Shown here: piece after piece, positions 11,304 through 21,003 of the stretch | Position numbering within the stretch: the first letter of the stretch is position 1 | How the letters are laid out: each line of letters begins with the position of its first letter | NCBI GenBank assembly: GCA_048938005.1 | Contig: JBHLMQ010000003.1 | Coordinates: 96,001-160,000, forward strand | Reading direction: 5' to 3' | From: Promethearchaeota archaeon | Lineage (GTDB): Archaea > Asgardarchaeota > Lokiarchaeia > Sigyniarchaeales > SOKP01 | DNA length: 64,000 nt | The notes under the pieces: generated by a model | What the model saw: the letters and a program-made list of their open reading frames with translations, nothing else | What the model was told of the DNA's origin: nothing | Databases searched by the model: none | Position numbers and translations under genes: made by a program

Positions 11304-11594
11304 ATGTAATCACGATTTATAAAAGATTGAGATATACTTTGTTAATGATATATATATAATTTAATTGGTTTTAAATATTTGAATTAAAGATTAGTAGCAA
11401 AATTTGATTTTCAAAATTTTTATTTAATGATAATTTTTTATGAAATTCAAATATATTTGATAGACATATTAATTGAACTGTATTGAATAAGATGTAATAT
11501 TAAAAAAAAATTTACTAATTAAATTATTGATTTTCTTTTTTTGTTTATATAAATAACTATATACAATTCTTCAAGATTTTTTCAAGCATATCTA

Positions 11595-11732
11595 TCATAA
11601 TTTTCCAAGACCACTTATGATGTAATATATGCCTAATACTATCATTGCAATAGCAAAGATGGCCCAAACCCATCTTGGTACCCGTCTCTTTTTAGGTTCG
11701 GGTTGATCTGGTTCAGATTCAGATTCGGACAT
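11595..11732 (-). CDS. 45-aa small protein with a C-terminal TM helix (not in the ORF track)
   Basis: Manual translation: MSESESEPDQPEPKKRRVPRWVWAIFAIAMIVLGIYYIISGLGKL*. Confidence 0.6.
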   Translation of the reverse strand: MSESESEPDQPEPKKRRVPRWVWAIFAIAMIVLGIYYIISGLGKL

Positions 11733-11855
11733 TTTTTTTCACTTTTTATTTCTTTATTACATTATAGAAATTACATTATCTTGTATTTAAATGCATTTGT
11801 CCTTGAATAACCTTTAGGACTAAAATTGAGGCATGAAGAAAAAAATTATCACTTA

Positions 11856-12500
11856 TTAACCTTCATGAGGTAATCTCTTACCACAATAGGGACAGTATAT
11901 AAATCCTAAATCTTTTCCGCAAAAAGGACAAAAATCACCCTCTTTAGCTGCTTGTACTTCAGTTCCTTCCTTTGGTATTGAAGGTAATTGTCTTGATGTT
12001 TTAAGAGTTGATGCTGAAGTTTGAGTTTCTACCTTTCTTGCTGCTACTGTCGCCCTAAAAGCTCGTCTTCTCTCTTCCTCAAGTTCTTCTTGAGATTTTA
12101 TTCCTTCTGACTTTACCCAACCTTGAACCTTAGGTCTTTTTAATTCACTTTCTGGAACTTTTTCTAATTCTATTTCTCTAGTTTCTGATAAAGGAGCCAT
12201 TACTTTTCTTTGATCTTTCTTCTGTATTGCTTGCTTAACGAGGGCTTGAGTTGTTTTCATTACTTGATGTGGGTTAATATTAGGAATCGCAACAGTCCGT
12301 AATACCCACCCGACGATCAAATTTTGATTAGGAAAATCACCTTGAACATCCTCATCCTTAAATACATATGAATCGATTATATCTCTCCCTTTTAATAAAC
12401 GTATTGCCCATTTCTCATTAATTTCTCCTAATTGGATTCTATAACTAGTCCCCGGGACTCCCAATTCGCTTGTGAGAGGAATAAAACCTTTTTCAGCCAC
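11856..12500 (-). CDS. Hypothetical protein with C-terminal double zinc ribbon
   Basis: CPFCG...CPYCG at the C-terminus; GTG start 5 nt after GTGAT. Confidence 0.7.
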   Translation of the reverse strand: MAEKGFIPLTSELGVPGTSYRIQLGEINEKWAIRLLKGRDIIDSYVFKDEDVQGDFPNQNLIVGWVLRTVAIPNINPHQVMKTTQALVKQAIQKKDQRKVMAPLSETREIELEKVPESELKRPKVQGWVKSEGIKSQEELEEERRRAFRATVAARKVETQTSASTLKTSRQLPSIPKEGTEVQAAKEGDFCPFCGKDLGFIYCPYCGKRLPHEG

Positions 12501-12813
12501 TTTAAATCACTTTTTTTAAAAAGATAATATGATTTCAGTAATATTATAAAAATAAATTTTGAATTTAAATTATTTTTTATTTATGGTAAAAATTCATTGT
12601 AAAGTTAAAAATTTTATTGGATAGCTTTACTATAATACTTAAGGAAAGACTGAATTCTTTTAATTTTTTTTTGGAATAAAAAACACATAAATAGAACAAT
12701 TTGTATTAGTTTGTAAAAACTCATAAATTTATAAATTAACATTTGCATAATGAGGTGATCTAACGGTTATAATTATTCCAAAAGAGGTCTATTTAACTAT
12801 TGTTGCAGCTTCT

Positions 12814-13719
12814 GTGAGATATGCAAATACTCGCATACCTAAAGATGATTGGCTTGAAGTTAGTGGGATTTTTACTGGTAGAAATGAAGGAGATGATGTT
12901 CTTATAACAAAGGCTTACCCTATCATGCATCAAGAATTAGATAGAGACGCTGTTATTGATCAATATAAATGGAATAATGAAGATTATGAATCTCTTTATA
13001 TTATTGATGAACAAGCCTTTTCAAGAGATCCCCCTGAGTTTGTTGTTGGATGGTGGCATTCACACCCTGGTTTTAAAGTAATGATGTCACATATTGATAT
13101 CCAAACAACACTATCTTATCAACAAAACAATCCTTTAGCAATCTCGCTTGTATTTAATCCAATAAGATTACTTCGTCAAATTGAAGTAGCAGAAAAAAAG
13201 GGAGATCCCGATAAGCAATTAAAAAATGATCCTGGGTTTAAAATTTTTCGATTAGATGATGTTGGTCGAGGTGTTGAAGCGGCTTATCATACAGTTGATT
13301 ATAAAATTGAAGGATATGAAAGTATGGAACAATTAATTAATACAACACAGAAATTTATAATTGATGTTGCTAATTTTTTTCCTAGAGAAAAAGTTCCAAA
13401 GACTTATGAAAAATTCATTGATGATCGTATAAACCAATTTAATGCACTAATTCTTGGAACTGAAGAATATTTAACTACTTTAACACATCGGGGTGAGAAA
13501 ACAAGAATTCCAGAAGTTTTAGAAAATCAAAATCAAGAAATTCGTAAATTTGTTGCAGATACTTCTGTAAAAATAGAAAATATTAAGGAATTCGCGGACT
13601 ATTTAGAATATAAAGAAAAGGAAGCAATAGTAACTCAAATTGAGAGTATTTTATATAAATGGGATGAAACTGTTTCTGGATTAGATAAGAGATTGAAACA
13701 ATTATCTAAGAAATTTTAA
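12814..13719 (+). CDS. JAMM/MPN+ metalloprotease; true start probably further upstream (~12760-12772)
   Basis: EVSG...GWWHSHPGFKVMMSHID; upstream in-frame TVIIIPKEVYLTIVAASVRY aligns with the N-termini of the paralogs. Confidence 0.8.
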   Translation: MRYANTRIPKDDWLEVSGIFTGRNEGDDVLITKAYPIMHQELDRDAVIDQYKWNNEDYESLYIIDEQAFSRDPPEFVVGWWHSHPGFKVMMSHIDIQTTLSYQQNNPLAISLVFNPIRLLRQIEVAEKKGDPDKQLKNDPGFKIFRLDDVGRGVEAAYHTVDYKIEGYESMEQLINTTQKFIIDVANFFPREKVPKTYEKFIDDRINQFNALILGTEEYLTTLTHRGEKTRIPEVLENQNQEIRKFVADTSVKIENIKEFADYLEYKEKEAIVTQIESILYKWDETVSGLDKRLKQLSKKF

Positions 13720-13844
13720 ATCTAATAATTTTCATCTTATTTTTAATTTTGATAAATTTTTATGTGATTACGTTTTTCTATGATTAATTAAGCTATTTAA
13801 TAAATTAAGAAATATCATAGAATTCTCAAAATACAACTTTTATT

Positions 13845-16049
13845 ATGAAAAAAATTAATTTTCCGTTTACAGCGATTCTTGGTCAAGAAAAAATGAAGAT
13901 GGGGTTAATTTTGAATGTTATTGACCCTCAAATAGGTGGAATACTATTAACTGGCCAACAAGGTACTGGAAAAAGCACTGCTGTAAGATCACTCGTAGAA
14001 TTAATGCCACAAATCGAAGTTATTAAGGGTTGTGAATTCTCATGTGACCCTTATTCAGATATAGATGATTTATGTCAAAATTGTATAGAAAAGCAGGAAA
14101 AAAAGCAGGTTAAAACTGAATTCAGGGACATGTGGCTAGTTAATTTACCTTTAGGAGTTACAGAAGACATGGTTTGTGGAAGTTTGTCGATAGACAAAGT
14201 GTTAACTGAGGGTATAAGAGCTTTACACCCTGGACTACTTGCTAAAGCAAATCGAGGTATTTTATATGTGGATGAAATTAATCTTCTTCAAGATCATATT
14301 GTTGATGTTCTTTTAGATTCTGCTGCTTCAGGTGTGAATATTATAGAAAGAGAAGGCATTTCTGTATCACACCCTTCAAAGTTTGTATTAGTCGGTTCAA
14401 TGAACCCAGAAGAAGGCGATTTACGTCCACAAATTGCAGATCGTTTAGGGTTAGAAGTAAGAATAAAAGCACCTAGAGATCCCGAATTGCGTGCTGAAAT
14501 AACTAAAAGAGTTATAGAATTTGATGATCATCCAAAAGAATTCATTAAGAACTTCGAAGATAACCAAGAAAAATTGAGAAAACAAATCTTAAACGCTCGT
14601 AAAATATTAAAGGAAGTTCAAATTCCAAATTCAGTTTATGAATTTGTGTCTAAAATTGTAAATGAGTTAGAAATCTTTTCTCAAAGAGCTGATATTACTT
14701 TTATTCGATGTGCAAGGGCTCATGCAGCATTAAATAACAGAAAAGTTATATCAGAAGATGATCTAAATGTTGCAATGGATTTAGTATTTGAACATAGAAT
14801 GCAATCGCTCCATTATGAAATGACGCCAAAAGAAATTCAATCAAAAATTGCTGAAGTTTATGGCAAAATAAAAGAAGCATATGAAAATCTAAAGGTGCTT
14901 CGACCAAATAAAGAGACAGAAGGGCCTTTAAAGCATTCAGACAAACCACAAAAAGAGTTTCAACGGCAATCTGTAGATCCTGATAAAGTTGATATCTCCG
15001 AGTCAAAAGAACAAAAACTACCTCCTCCAAAATATCCTGATAACAAACAACGGAATCCTAGACCCGCTGGAGGGTGGAAGGTTAAAAATATTCCCTTTGA
15101 TGATGATCTTAAATTCTTTGAAGCGAAAAATGTATCAATGCCATTTATTTATAAAATGGAAAAGAAAATAACTTCAATCTTAGATGATATTAGGAAAGAT
15201 AAGAAAATTTCTGATTATGGTGGAAGAGGAATAGGAAGGAGAATCAAAATCTCTTCATCTCAAAAGGGAAGATATGTATCTTATAGAAAACCAATCCGTG
15301 AAGAACCTAAAAGTATTGCATTAGATGCCACTATTAGAAACTATTTGAAAAATATTATTTACAATAAAACAGATATCCATTTTCCGATTCATTTTAATAA
15401 ATATGATTTAATGGATAAAATCTATGAATATCGAGCTCCTTTAGTTTTATTTTTTGTATTAGATAGTTCTGCTTCAATGTACTATGTAATAAAGCAAATG
15501 ACGGATGTAATATTGTCTTTACACAGAGAGGGGTATAGAAAGAGAGATAAAATAGCTTTAATTGTCTTTCGAGGTAAAAAAGCGGTCGTTTTACAAAATC
15601 CTACTGTAAATTTTAAGATGGCAGTAAATAAGTTGAAAAGAATAGAAGGAAAATCATATACTCCTATGGCTGCTGCATTAAAAAAAGTATCAGAGCTTAT
15701 AAAAGTCGAAAAATTAAAAAATCGGCAATCAGTACCTGTAGTTTTCATTTTATCTGATTGTGGTGCCAATATCTCTTCTAAATACCCTGATTTAATAGCC
15801 CAAGTAGAAACAGATTATACTTTAATAACACATGAATTAAAAGAGTTAACAAAAAAATTATCTAAACAAAATATACATATGGTTGTACTAGAGCCTAAAA
15901 AATCTTATGCAACACACGCACTTGGAGTACACACCTATTCTGCAGAAAAAATTAAGAAGAATTTTAAAAAATATGGGAATGCTCATGTATACAAATTTGA
16001 TAAATATGATCCTAATTCCTTAATATTAGAATTGAAAAAAATACTCTAA
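13845..16049 (+). CDS. Magnesium chelatase ChlI/ChlD-like AAA+ ATPase fused to a vWA domain
   Basis: FPFTAILGQE, GQQGTGKST, LAKANRGILYVDEINLL, MNPEEG; C-terminal VLDSSASM MIDAS motif. Confidence 0.88.
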   Translation: MKKINFPFTAILGQEKMKMGLILNVIDPQIGGILLTGQQGTGKSTAVRSLVELMPQIEVIKGCEFSCDPYSDIDDLCQNCIEKQEKKQVKTEFRDMWLVNLPLGVTEDMVCGSLSIDKVLTEGIRALHPGLLAKANRGILYVDEINLLQDHIVDVLLDSAASGVNIIEREGISVSHPSKFVLVGSMNPEEGDLRPQIADRLGLEVRIKAPRDPELRAEITKRVIEFDDHPKEFIKNFEDNQEKLRKQILNARKILKEVQIPNSVYEFVSKIVNELEIFSQRADITFIRCARAHAALNNRKVISEDDLNVAMDLVFEHRMQSLHYEMTPKEIQSKIAEVYGKIKEAYENLKVLRPNKETEGPLKHSDKPQKEFQRQSVDPDKVDISESKEQKLPPPKYPDNKQRNPRPAGGWKVKNIPFDDDLKFFEAKNVSMPFIYKMEKKITSILDDIRKDKKISDYGGRGIGRRIKISSSQKGRYVSYRKPIREEPKSIALDATIRNYLKNIIYNKTDIHFPIHFNKYDLMDKIYEYRAPLVLFFVLDSSASMYYVIKQMTDVILSLHREGYRKRDKIALIVFRGKKAVVLQNPTVNFKMAVNKLKRIEGKSYTPMAAALKKVSELIKVEKLKNRQSVPVVFILSDCGANISSKYPDLIAQVETDYTLITHELKELTKKLSKQNIHMVVLEPKKSYATHALGVHTYSAEKIKKNFKKYGNAHVYKFDKYDPNSLILELKKIL

Positions 16050-16140
16050 ATATTAAACTAAATTAATTTTTAAAATCCATCACTAATCAATTTCTTAAAA
16101 TTCAATTTTTTATTACCATTTTTAATCCAATTTTTAGATC

Positions 16141-17382
16141 ATGACTGATAACTCAAATTCTGTGCTAGTTGTTGGATATAATACTCGTCCATTAGCTACT
16201 TCTCTGAATAAAGCAGGATATGTTGTATATGCAGTGGATTTTTTTGGCGATTTAGATCTCTATCCCTATATAGAAGATTATATTATAATCGTGAAAGAAT
16301 TACAAGGTAATTATAACTCTTTAAAAGATAAATATAGTAAGTATTTAGTTGATTTTACATTGAACTTATACCGTATTTATAAGGACGTAAAGTTCTTATT
16401 AATCGGTAGTGGGTTAGATGATGCCTACGAAGGGAGAAAACGTATTTTAGACGAAATTAAAAATTTCAGTACAATAAGTGTCAATAACAATTTAGAAATT
16501 ATAAAAAAATCAAGAAATATTGAATATCTTTTTGAATTTCTTAAATTCCAAGGGTATAAAGTTCCATTATATTGTTCCTTTGAAAAATTTCAATTAAAGA
16601 GATCTATCTTGGAATTTCCTTTCATCTTAAAAAAAAAGAGAAGTGCTGGAGGCGTTAATGTTTTTAAAATTGAAGATGAGAGGAATTTTAATTCTCAAGT
16701 AAAGATTTTACAAGAGAAAATGTTTATCGCGTCAGATTGGGTGATTCAAGAATATATCGAAGGAATTCCTGTTAGTTGTACAGTGATTTCAGATGGTAAA
16801 GAATGTGAGATTATCTCTATCAATCGTCAAATCATAGGAGAAAAGTTTCTAAATTCTCCAAAGGAATTTATGTATTGTGGTAATATTGTACCTGGAGGAT
16901 TGTTGAAAGATGAAACGAGAATCATATCTGAAATTTCAAAATTTTTAACTGAAGAATTAGGCTTAAAAGGAATTAATGGATTTGATTTTGTATTAAAAGA
17001 TCATTATCCATATTTTATGGAATGTAATCCAAGAATCCCTGGTTCTATAAGTGCTTCAGAATCTGTACTAGATTTAAATCTCGTAGATTTGCATATAAAA
17101 AGCTTTTTGCTTAATGAATGGATTAGTATTAAAAAAATGATTAAATCTGCCATGCCAAAAACATTTGCAACAAAATTAATATTTTTTGCCCCCAAAGTTA
17201 TTGAAAAAAATCTATTACCAGAAATTAATAATCTTGAATTTGTTTATGATAAACCTGAACCAATAAAGAATATTTTAAAAGGTGAACCTTTATGTACTGT
17301 TTTATATGAAGCAGATAATTTCTCTGAATCTTTTAATGGGGCAAAAAAGATTGTAAATAAAATAAATAAAATTATTGGATAA
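16141..17382 (+). CDS. ATP-grasp domain protein (archaeal COG2232-like)
   Basis: AVDFFGDLD, QEYIEG, GINGFDF, ECNPR. Confidence 0.8.
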   Translation: MTDNSNSVLVVGYNTRPLATSLNKAGYVVYAVDFFGDLDLYPYIEDYIIIVKELQGNYNSLKDKYSKYLVDFTLNLYRIYKDVKFLLIGSGLDDAYEGRKRILDEIKNFSTISVNNNLEIIKKSRNIEYLFEFLKFQGYKVPLYCSFEKFQLKRSILEFPFILKKKRSAGGVNVFKIEDERNFNSQVKILQEKMFIASDWVIQEYIEGIPVSCTVISDGKECEIISINRQIIGEKFLNSPKEFMYCGNIVPGGLLKDETRIISEISKFLTEELGLKGINGFDFVLKDHYPYFMECNPRIPGSISASESVLDLNLVDLHIKSFLLNEWISIKKMIKSAMPKTFATKLIFFAPKVIEKNLLPEINNLEFVYDKPEPIKNILKGEPLCTVLYEADNFSESFNGAKKIVNKINKIIG

Positions 17383-17393
17383 TTATTCTTATA

Positions 17394-18131
17394 CTACTGG
17401 ATGATTGCTTTTATTTTCGCGATGTAAGTTCCTAATTTCCTCCCATCTGATTCTGGAACAGCAAGTGCTAAGACTCTATTCTCATCTAAATCATGTATTA
17501 TAACAGAACCATTTTCTCCACCTATTATTGAATATTCCATACCACTTTCTAATAAAACTCCAGATAAATTATATAATGCAGCAACCATAGCTGAAAGAAT
17601 AGGTTCAGGCATAGTAGATTGAATCTTAATTGGTAATCCATCTTTAGTTATTATTGCTAAAACAAGAGTGTTTGGAATAGCTCGTTTCAGTCCCTTAAAT
17701 ATTTCTTCTTTGAGTATGTCTGATGTCTCAATAATAGCAGATATTTGTAAACTTAATTTTTGTAATTTATCAATATGAGAATCCAGTCCTTCAAGCTCAG
17801 CTAATTCTCTATTTAAATAAGTTATCATAGATATATTTTCTGTTAAAATTGAAAGGACAATTTTATCTTTCCCAATAATTAAATTATAAGAAACTTCTTG
17901 ATTTAGTGAATCTCTTAACATTTTAGATGATAGAAATACAAGACTGCTGTTAGCAGCTGTAACTTCCCCTGTTGTCATTTTAATATCTTTTTTAAATTTA
18001 TTTGCAACTTTAGTTCCTTCAGGAGTTCCAATATTAATCCCTAATACAGCTGGGGAGGATTGTAGTTCCCTTTCTATTAATTCAGCAATATCTGATTGTA
18101 AAGCTTCGATTATTTTATCTTGCTTTTCCAT
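17394..18131 (-). CDS. Tandem Roadblock/LAMTOR-like domain protein
   Basis: Two repeats: IGTPEGTKVA and IITKDGLPI...LSAMVAAL. Confidence 0.75.
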   Translation of the reverse strand: MEKQDKIIEALQSDIAELIERELQSSPAVLGINIGTPEGTKVANKFKKDIKMTTGEVTAANSSLVFLSSKMLRDSLNQEVSYNLIIGKDKIVLSILTENISMITYLNRELAELEGLDSHIDKLQKLSLQISAIIETSDILKEEIFKGLKRAIPNTLVLAIITKDGLPIKIQSTMPEPILSAMVAALYNLSGVLLESGMEYSIIGGENGSVIIHDLDENRVLALAVPESDGRKLGTYIAKIKAIIQ

Positions 18132-18224
18132 GGATGAATATTAATATATTTGAAAATAAAAAGATATTCTAATAATTAAATAATAATTTTAAGAATTTGA
18201 ATACAAAATTCATTTTGGTTATAT

Positions 18225-19349
18225 ATGGCAGATACAAAATCGGATATCTATGTAATAATATTAGCTGCGGGTTTAGCTACTAGATTACGACCTCTCTCAA
18301 ATAGAATACCAAAACCTTTAATAAACATTTGTGGAAGTTCAATAAATTACAGAATAATATCTAATTTTAAGAATGCTGGATTTTTTAGATTTTGTATTTT
18401 AATAGGATATAAAAAGGAACGTGTAAAGAAAGAAGTTTTAAAAAATAAAGATATTGAGATAGAATTCGTAGAACAAAAGGAAATTACAGGTATGGCTGAA
18501 GCAATCTCCTTATCTATCAACCACATTAATAAAAATAAAGAAAATATAAAAGGTTTTTTTGTAACCGCTGCTGATATTATTCCTGAAAAGTGGGATATTC
18601 TTAATATGTATTCATTTTATAAAAATTCAAAAGCAGATATTATTCTGAGTTTAATGGTATCACATGATAGCGAAATTGCAAGCGGGCATGCTAATATTAA
18701 AATATCAAACGATTCAATATTAAGTAAAGAAATAGATCTAAATCATGTTTTGGAAATTATTGATATTATTGAAAAGCCAAAACCTCTTCAGATCTTAAGT
18801 GATTATTATTCCCTACCCTTTTATTTTTTTAATCAGAATATTCTTAAGAATTTCGAAAATATTAATATTTCAGAACGTGGTGAGAAAGAGTTTCAAGATG
18901 CGATAAAGAATGCCTTAATTTCGGGAGATGAGGTTCTTGGAATACCTATAATAGATACTCCGATTACAAAAAATAATATCGGTAAATTCCATTTAACAAA
19001 TTTAAAGGATATCATTAAAATGAACAATAGATTTCTATCTGGTGTAAACCTTGAAAAATTCAAAGGCAAATCTCCTGAATTTTTTGAGCCAGTTAAAATA
19101 AAATACGGAGTTGAGATAGGACATAAGGTTATATTAGGCCCTTATGTGATAATTGGCAAGTTTTGTAAGATAGGTGATTTTTGTGAATTAACAGATGTTA
19201 TTATCTTCGATAATACCATTATTGGAAAATCTTCTAAATTAAGTTGGTGTATTATAGACGAGAACGTAACCGTAACAGATAATTTTCATGCAAAAGACTG
19301 TTTTATTACTCAAAATGATGAAAAAGAATTAGATATAATAAATTTCTAA
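18225..19349 (+). CDS. Sugar-phosphate nucleotidyltransferase with left-handed beta-helix tail
   Basis: ILAAGLATRLRPLS..PKPL, IEKP, hexapeptide repeats. Confidence 0.85.
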   Translation: MADTKSDIYVIILAAGLATRLRPLSNRIPKPLINICGSSINYRIISNFKNAGFFRFCILIGYKKERVKKEVLKNKDIEIEFVEQKEITGMAEAISLSINHINKNKENIKGFFVTAADIIPEKWDILNMYSFYKNSKADIILSLMVSHDSEIASGHANIKISNDSILSKEIDLNHVLEIIDIIEKPKPLQILSDYYSLPFYFFNQNILKNFENINISERGEKEFQDAIKNALISGDEVLGIPIIDTPITKNNIGKFHLTNLKDIIKMNNRFLSGVNLEKFKGKSPEFFEPVKIKYGVEIGHKVILGPYVIIGKFCKIGDFCELTDVIIFDNTIIGKSSKLSWCIIDENVTVTDNFHAKDCFITQNDEKELDIINF

Positions 19350-19434
19350 ATTGTAATCATTATAGTAAAAATTATTAATAAAAAACATTATTATTAATGA
19401 TAAAGGGACTCTATATATTAAATTTTTATGCGAA

Positions 19435-20250
19435 GTGATCTTGTTAATGGATGAATTTTCAATAAAAAAACAATTAGAGACTAAAGATAACCTCATTAAA
19501 TTAAAAGATGAGCAAGTTAAGACCCTCGAGAATTCTCTTCAATTAAAAGATGAGCAAATTAAAACTCTCGAGAAGACACTCAAAACTAAAGATGATGAGA
19601 CTAAAACTTTAGAAAAAACCATTGCATTAAAAGAAGAAGAAATCATAAAAATAGCATCTTCAACAGTTGATACAAGTATTTTAAAAGAGAAAGATGATAC
19701 GATTACTCAGCTTCAAAAAGAGATAGAAATATTAAATGAAGAATTAGCTAAAGCAGATGAAGAATTAGAAAGCTTAGAATTGGAAAATGAGAAACTCAGA
19801 AAAGCTGAATCTAGTTCTGCAGATTTTAAAATTATTGATTATACAAATATAAACATCAACAAAACTCAGATTCTTGAGAAAATGAGAGACATATTAGAAA
19901 AAGCAATAGCTAATGTTAGCATAGTCGTTCCTAGTATTGAGGATTTGCAGGAGTTGTATTTATATGAGCTCAGATCATCTGTGTCCATGTCGATTGCATG
20001 TTCAATTAATCCCGGAATTGATGAGCATTCTGAACTGCTAGAAGAGTTCGAAAGTTTAGATAATATAAATTTGCGAAATTACGAACGAGCAGACAGATAT
20101 GTATTAACAAGAGACGGAGAAGAACTGCTATTAGCAGTAATTGGTGATTCTGAAGATAATAATTTAGTAATCCATACAAAAGATCCTAAACATATTAAAT
20201 TACTCAATTCTATAGCTACAGAGGGTTGGATCCAGAGCCGAAAAATCTAA
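19435..20250 (+). CDS. Coiled-coil protein with 14-residue repeats and a C-terminal PLD-like/TrmB-type domain
   Basis: LKDEQVKTLENSLQ / LKDEQIKTLEKTLK / TKDDETKTLEKTIA repeats; C-terminal alpha/beta domain with RDGEELLL. Confidence 0.6.
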   Translation: MILLMDEFSIKKQLETKDNLIKLKDEQVKTLENSLQLKDEQIKTLEKTLKTKDDETKTLEKTIALKEEEIIKIASSTVDTSILKEKDDTITQLQKEIEILNEELAKADEELESLELENEKLRKAESSSADFKIIDYTNININKTQILEKMRDILEKAIANVSIVVPSIEDLQELYLYELRSSVSMSIACSINPGIDEHSELLEEFESLDNINLRNYERADRYVLTRDGEELLLAVIGDSEDNNLVIHTKDPKHIKLLNSIATEGWIQSRKI

Positions 20251-20262
20251 AAAATAAGAAGT

Positions 20263-20997
20263 TTAGAAAATAGGACACTCTTCTTTTACACATTTATCGT
20301 TAATCTTTGAAAAAGGACATCTTTTAAAATTATAACCTAAATTTATGCTAAACTTTTCTTGTAAGAATTTTAAAGTTTCTATAATTGATAATCTTACAGA
20401 TCTCTTGCAGCAATGTTCTAAATTATCTGCAATTTTATCTAATGATTGAGATGTTACTTGATTTGCTAATGTCCTTGGACCATCTGTTGCAGGTGTTGCT
20501 CCTGTGAAAATACTTATTGCTACGCCAGATCCCATACCTGCACCGCATGAGCCATAAAAACCACACCAACCACCTGGGATCTTAGAAGCTCTTCTAATTG
20601 CTTCCTTAATATCAAATAAGGATATCTTATCCCCACTAGGTTTGTTAACTCCATTATTCTTAAGAGATGTTAAAATAACAGCAGGTGTTAGTACATGATG
20701 CTCAGGACCATACACTTTAAAATTTGGGTGTTTCATGATTATATCTGCTAATTCAAATGGATCCTTAATATCAGTTTCTTCGCATATTTTTTCAATAATT
20801 TCAATTGGGTCTTTTGAATGGCAAGCATCGCAGATATAATGTCCAACACTGCAGTATATATTAGTTTTAAATTTTTTTTTACAAAATTCACAGTTCAATT
20901 CTTTATAATCTTCCAATTTAGTCGCATAAAGTAAAGTTTCACCACAAATTTCACATTTATCACTTATTTCTTTTTTCATTTTTAATCTTATCAGCAT
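20263..20997 (-). CDS. DUF5714-like Cys-rich protein
   Basis: N-terminal CxxC pairs, GPEHH, PGGWCGFYGSCGAG, CCKRS. Confidence 0.7.
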   Translation of the reverse strand: MLIRLKMKKEISDKCEICGETLLYATKLEDYKELNCEFCKKKFKTNIYCSVGHYICDACHSKDPIEIIEKICEETDIKDPFELADIIMKHPNFKVYGPEHHVLTPAVILTSLKNNGVNKPSGDKISLFDIKEAIRRASKIPGGWCGFYGSCGAGMGSGVAISIFTGATPATDGPRTLANQVTSQSLDKIADNLEHCCKRSVRLSIIETLKFLQEKFSINLGYNFKRCPFSKINDKCVKEECPIF

Positions 20998-21003
20998 GTT
21001 TAA

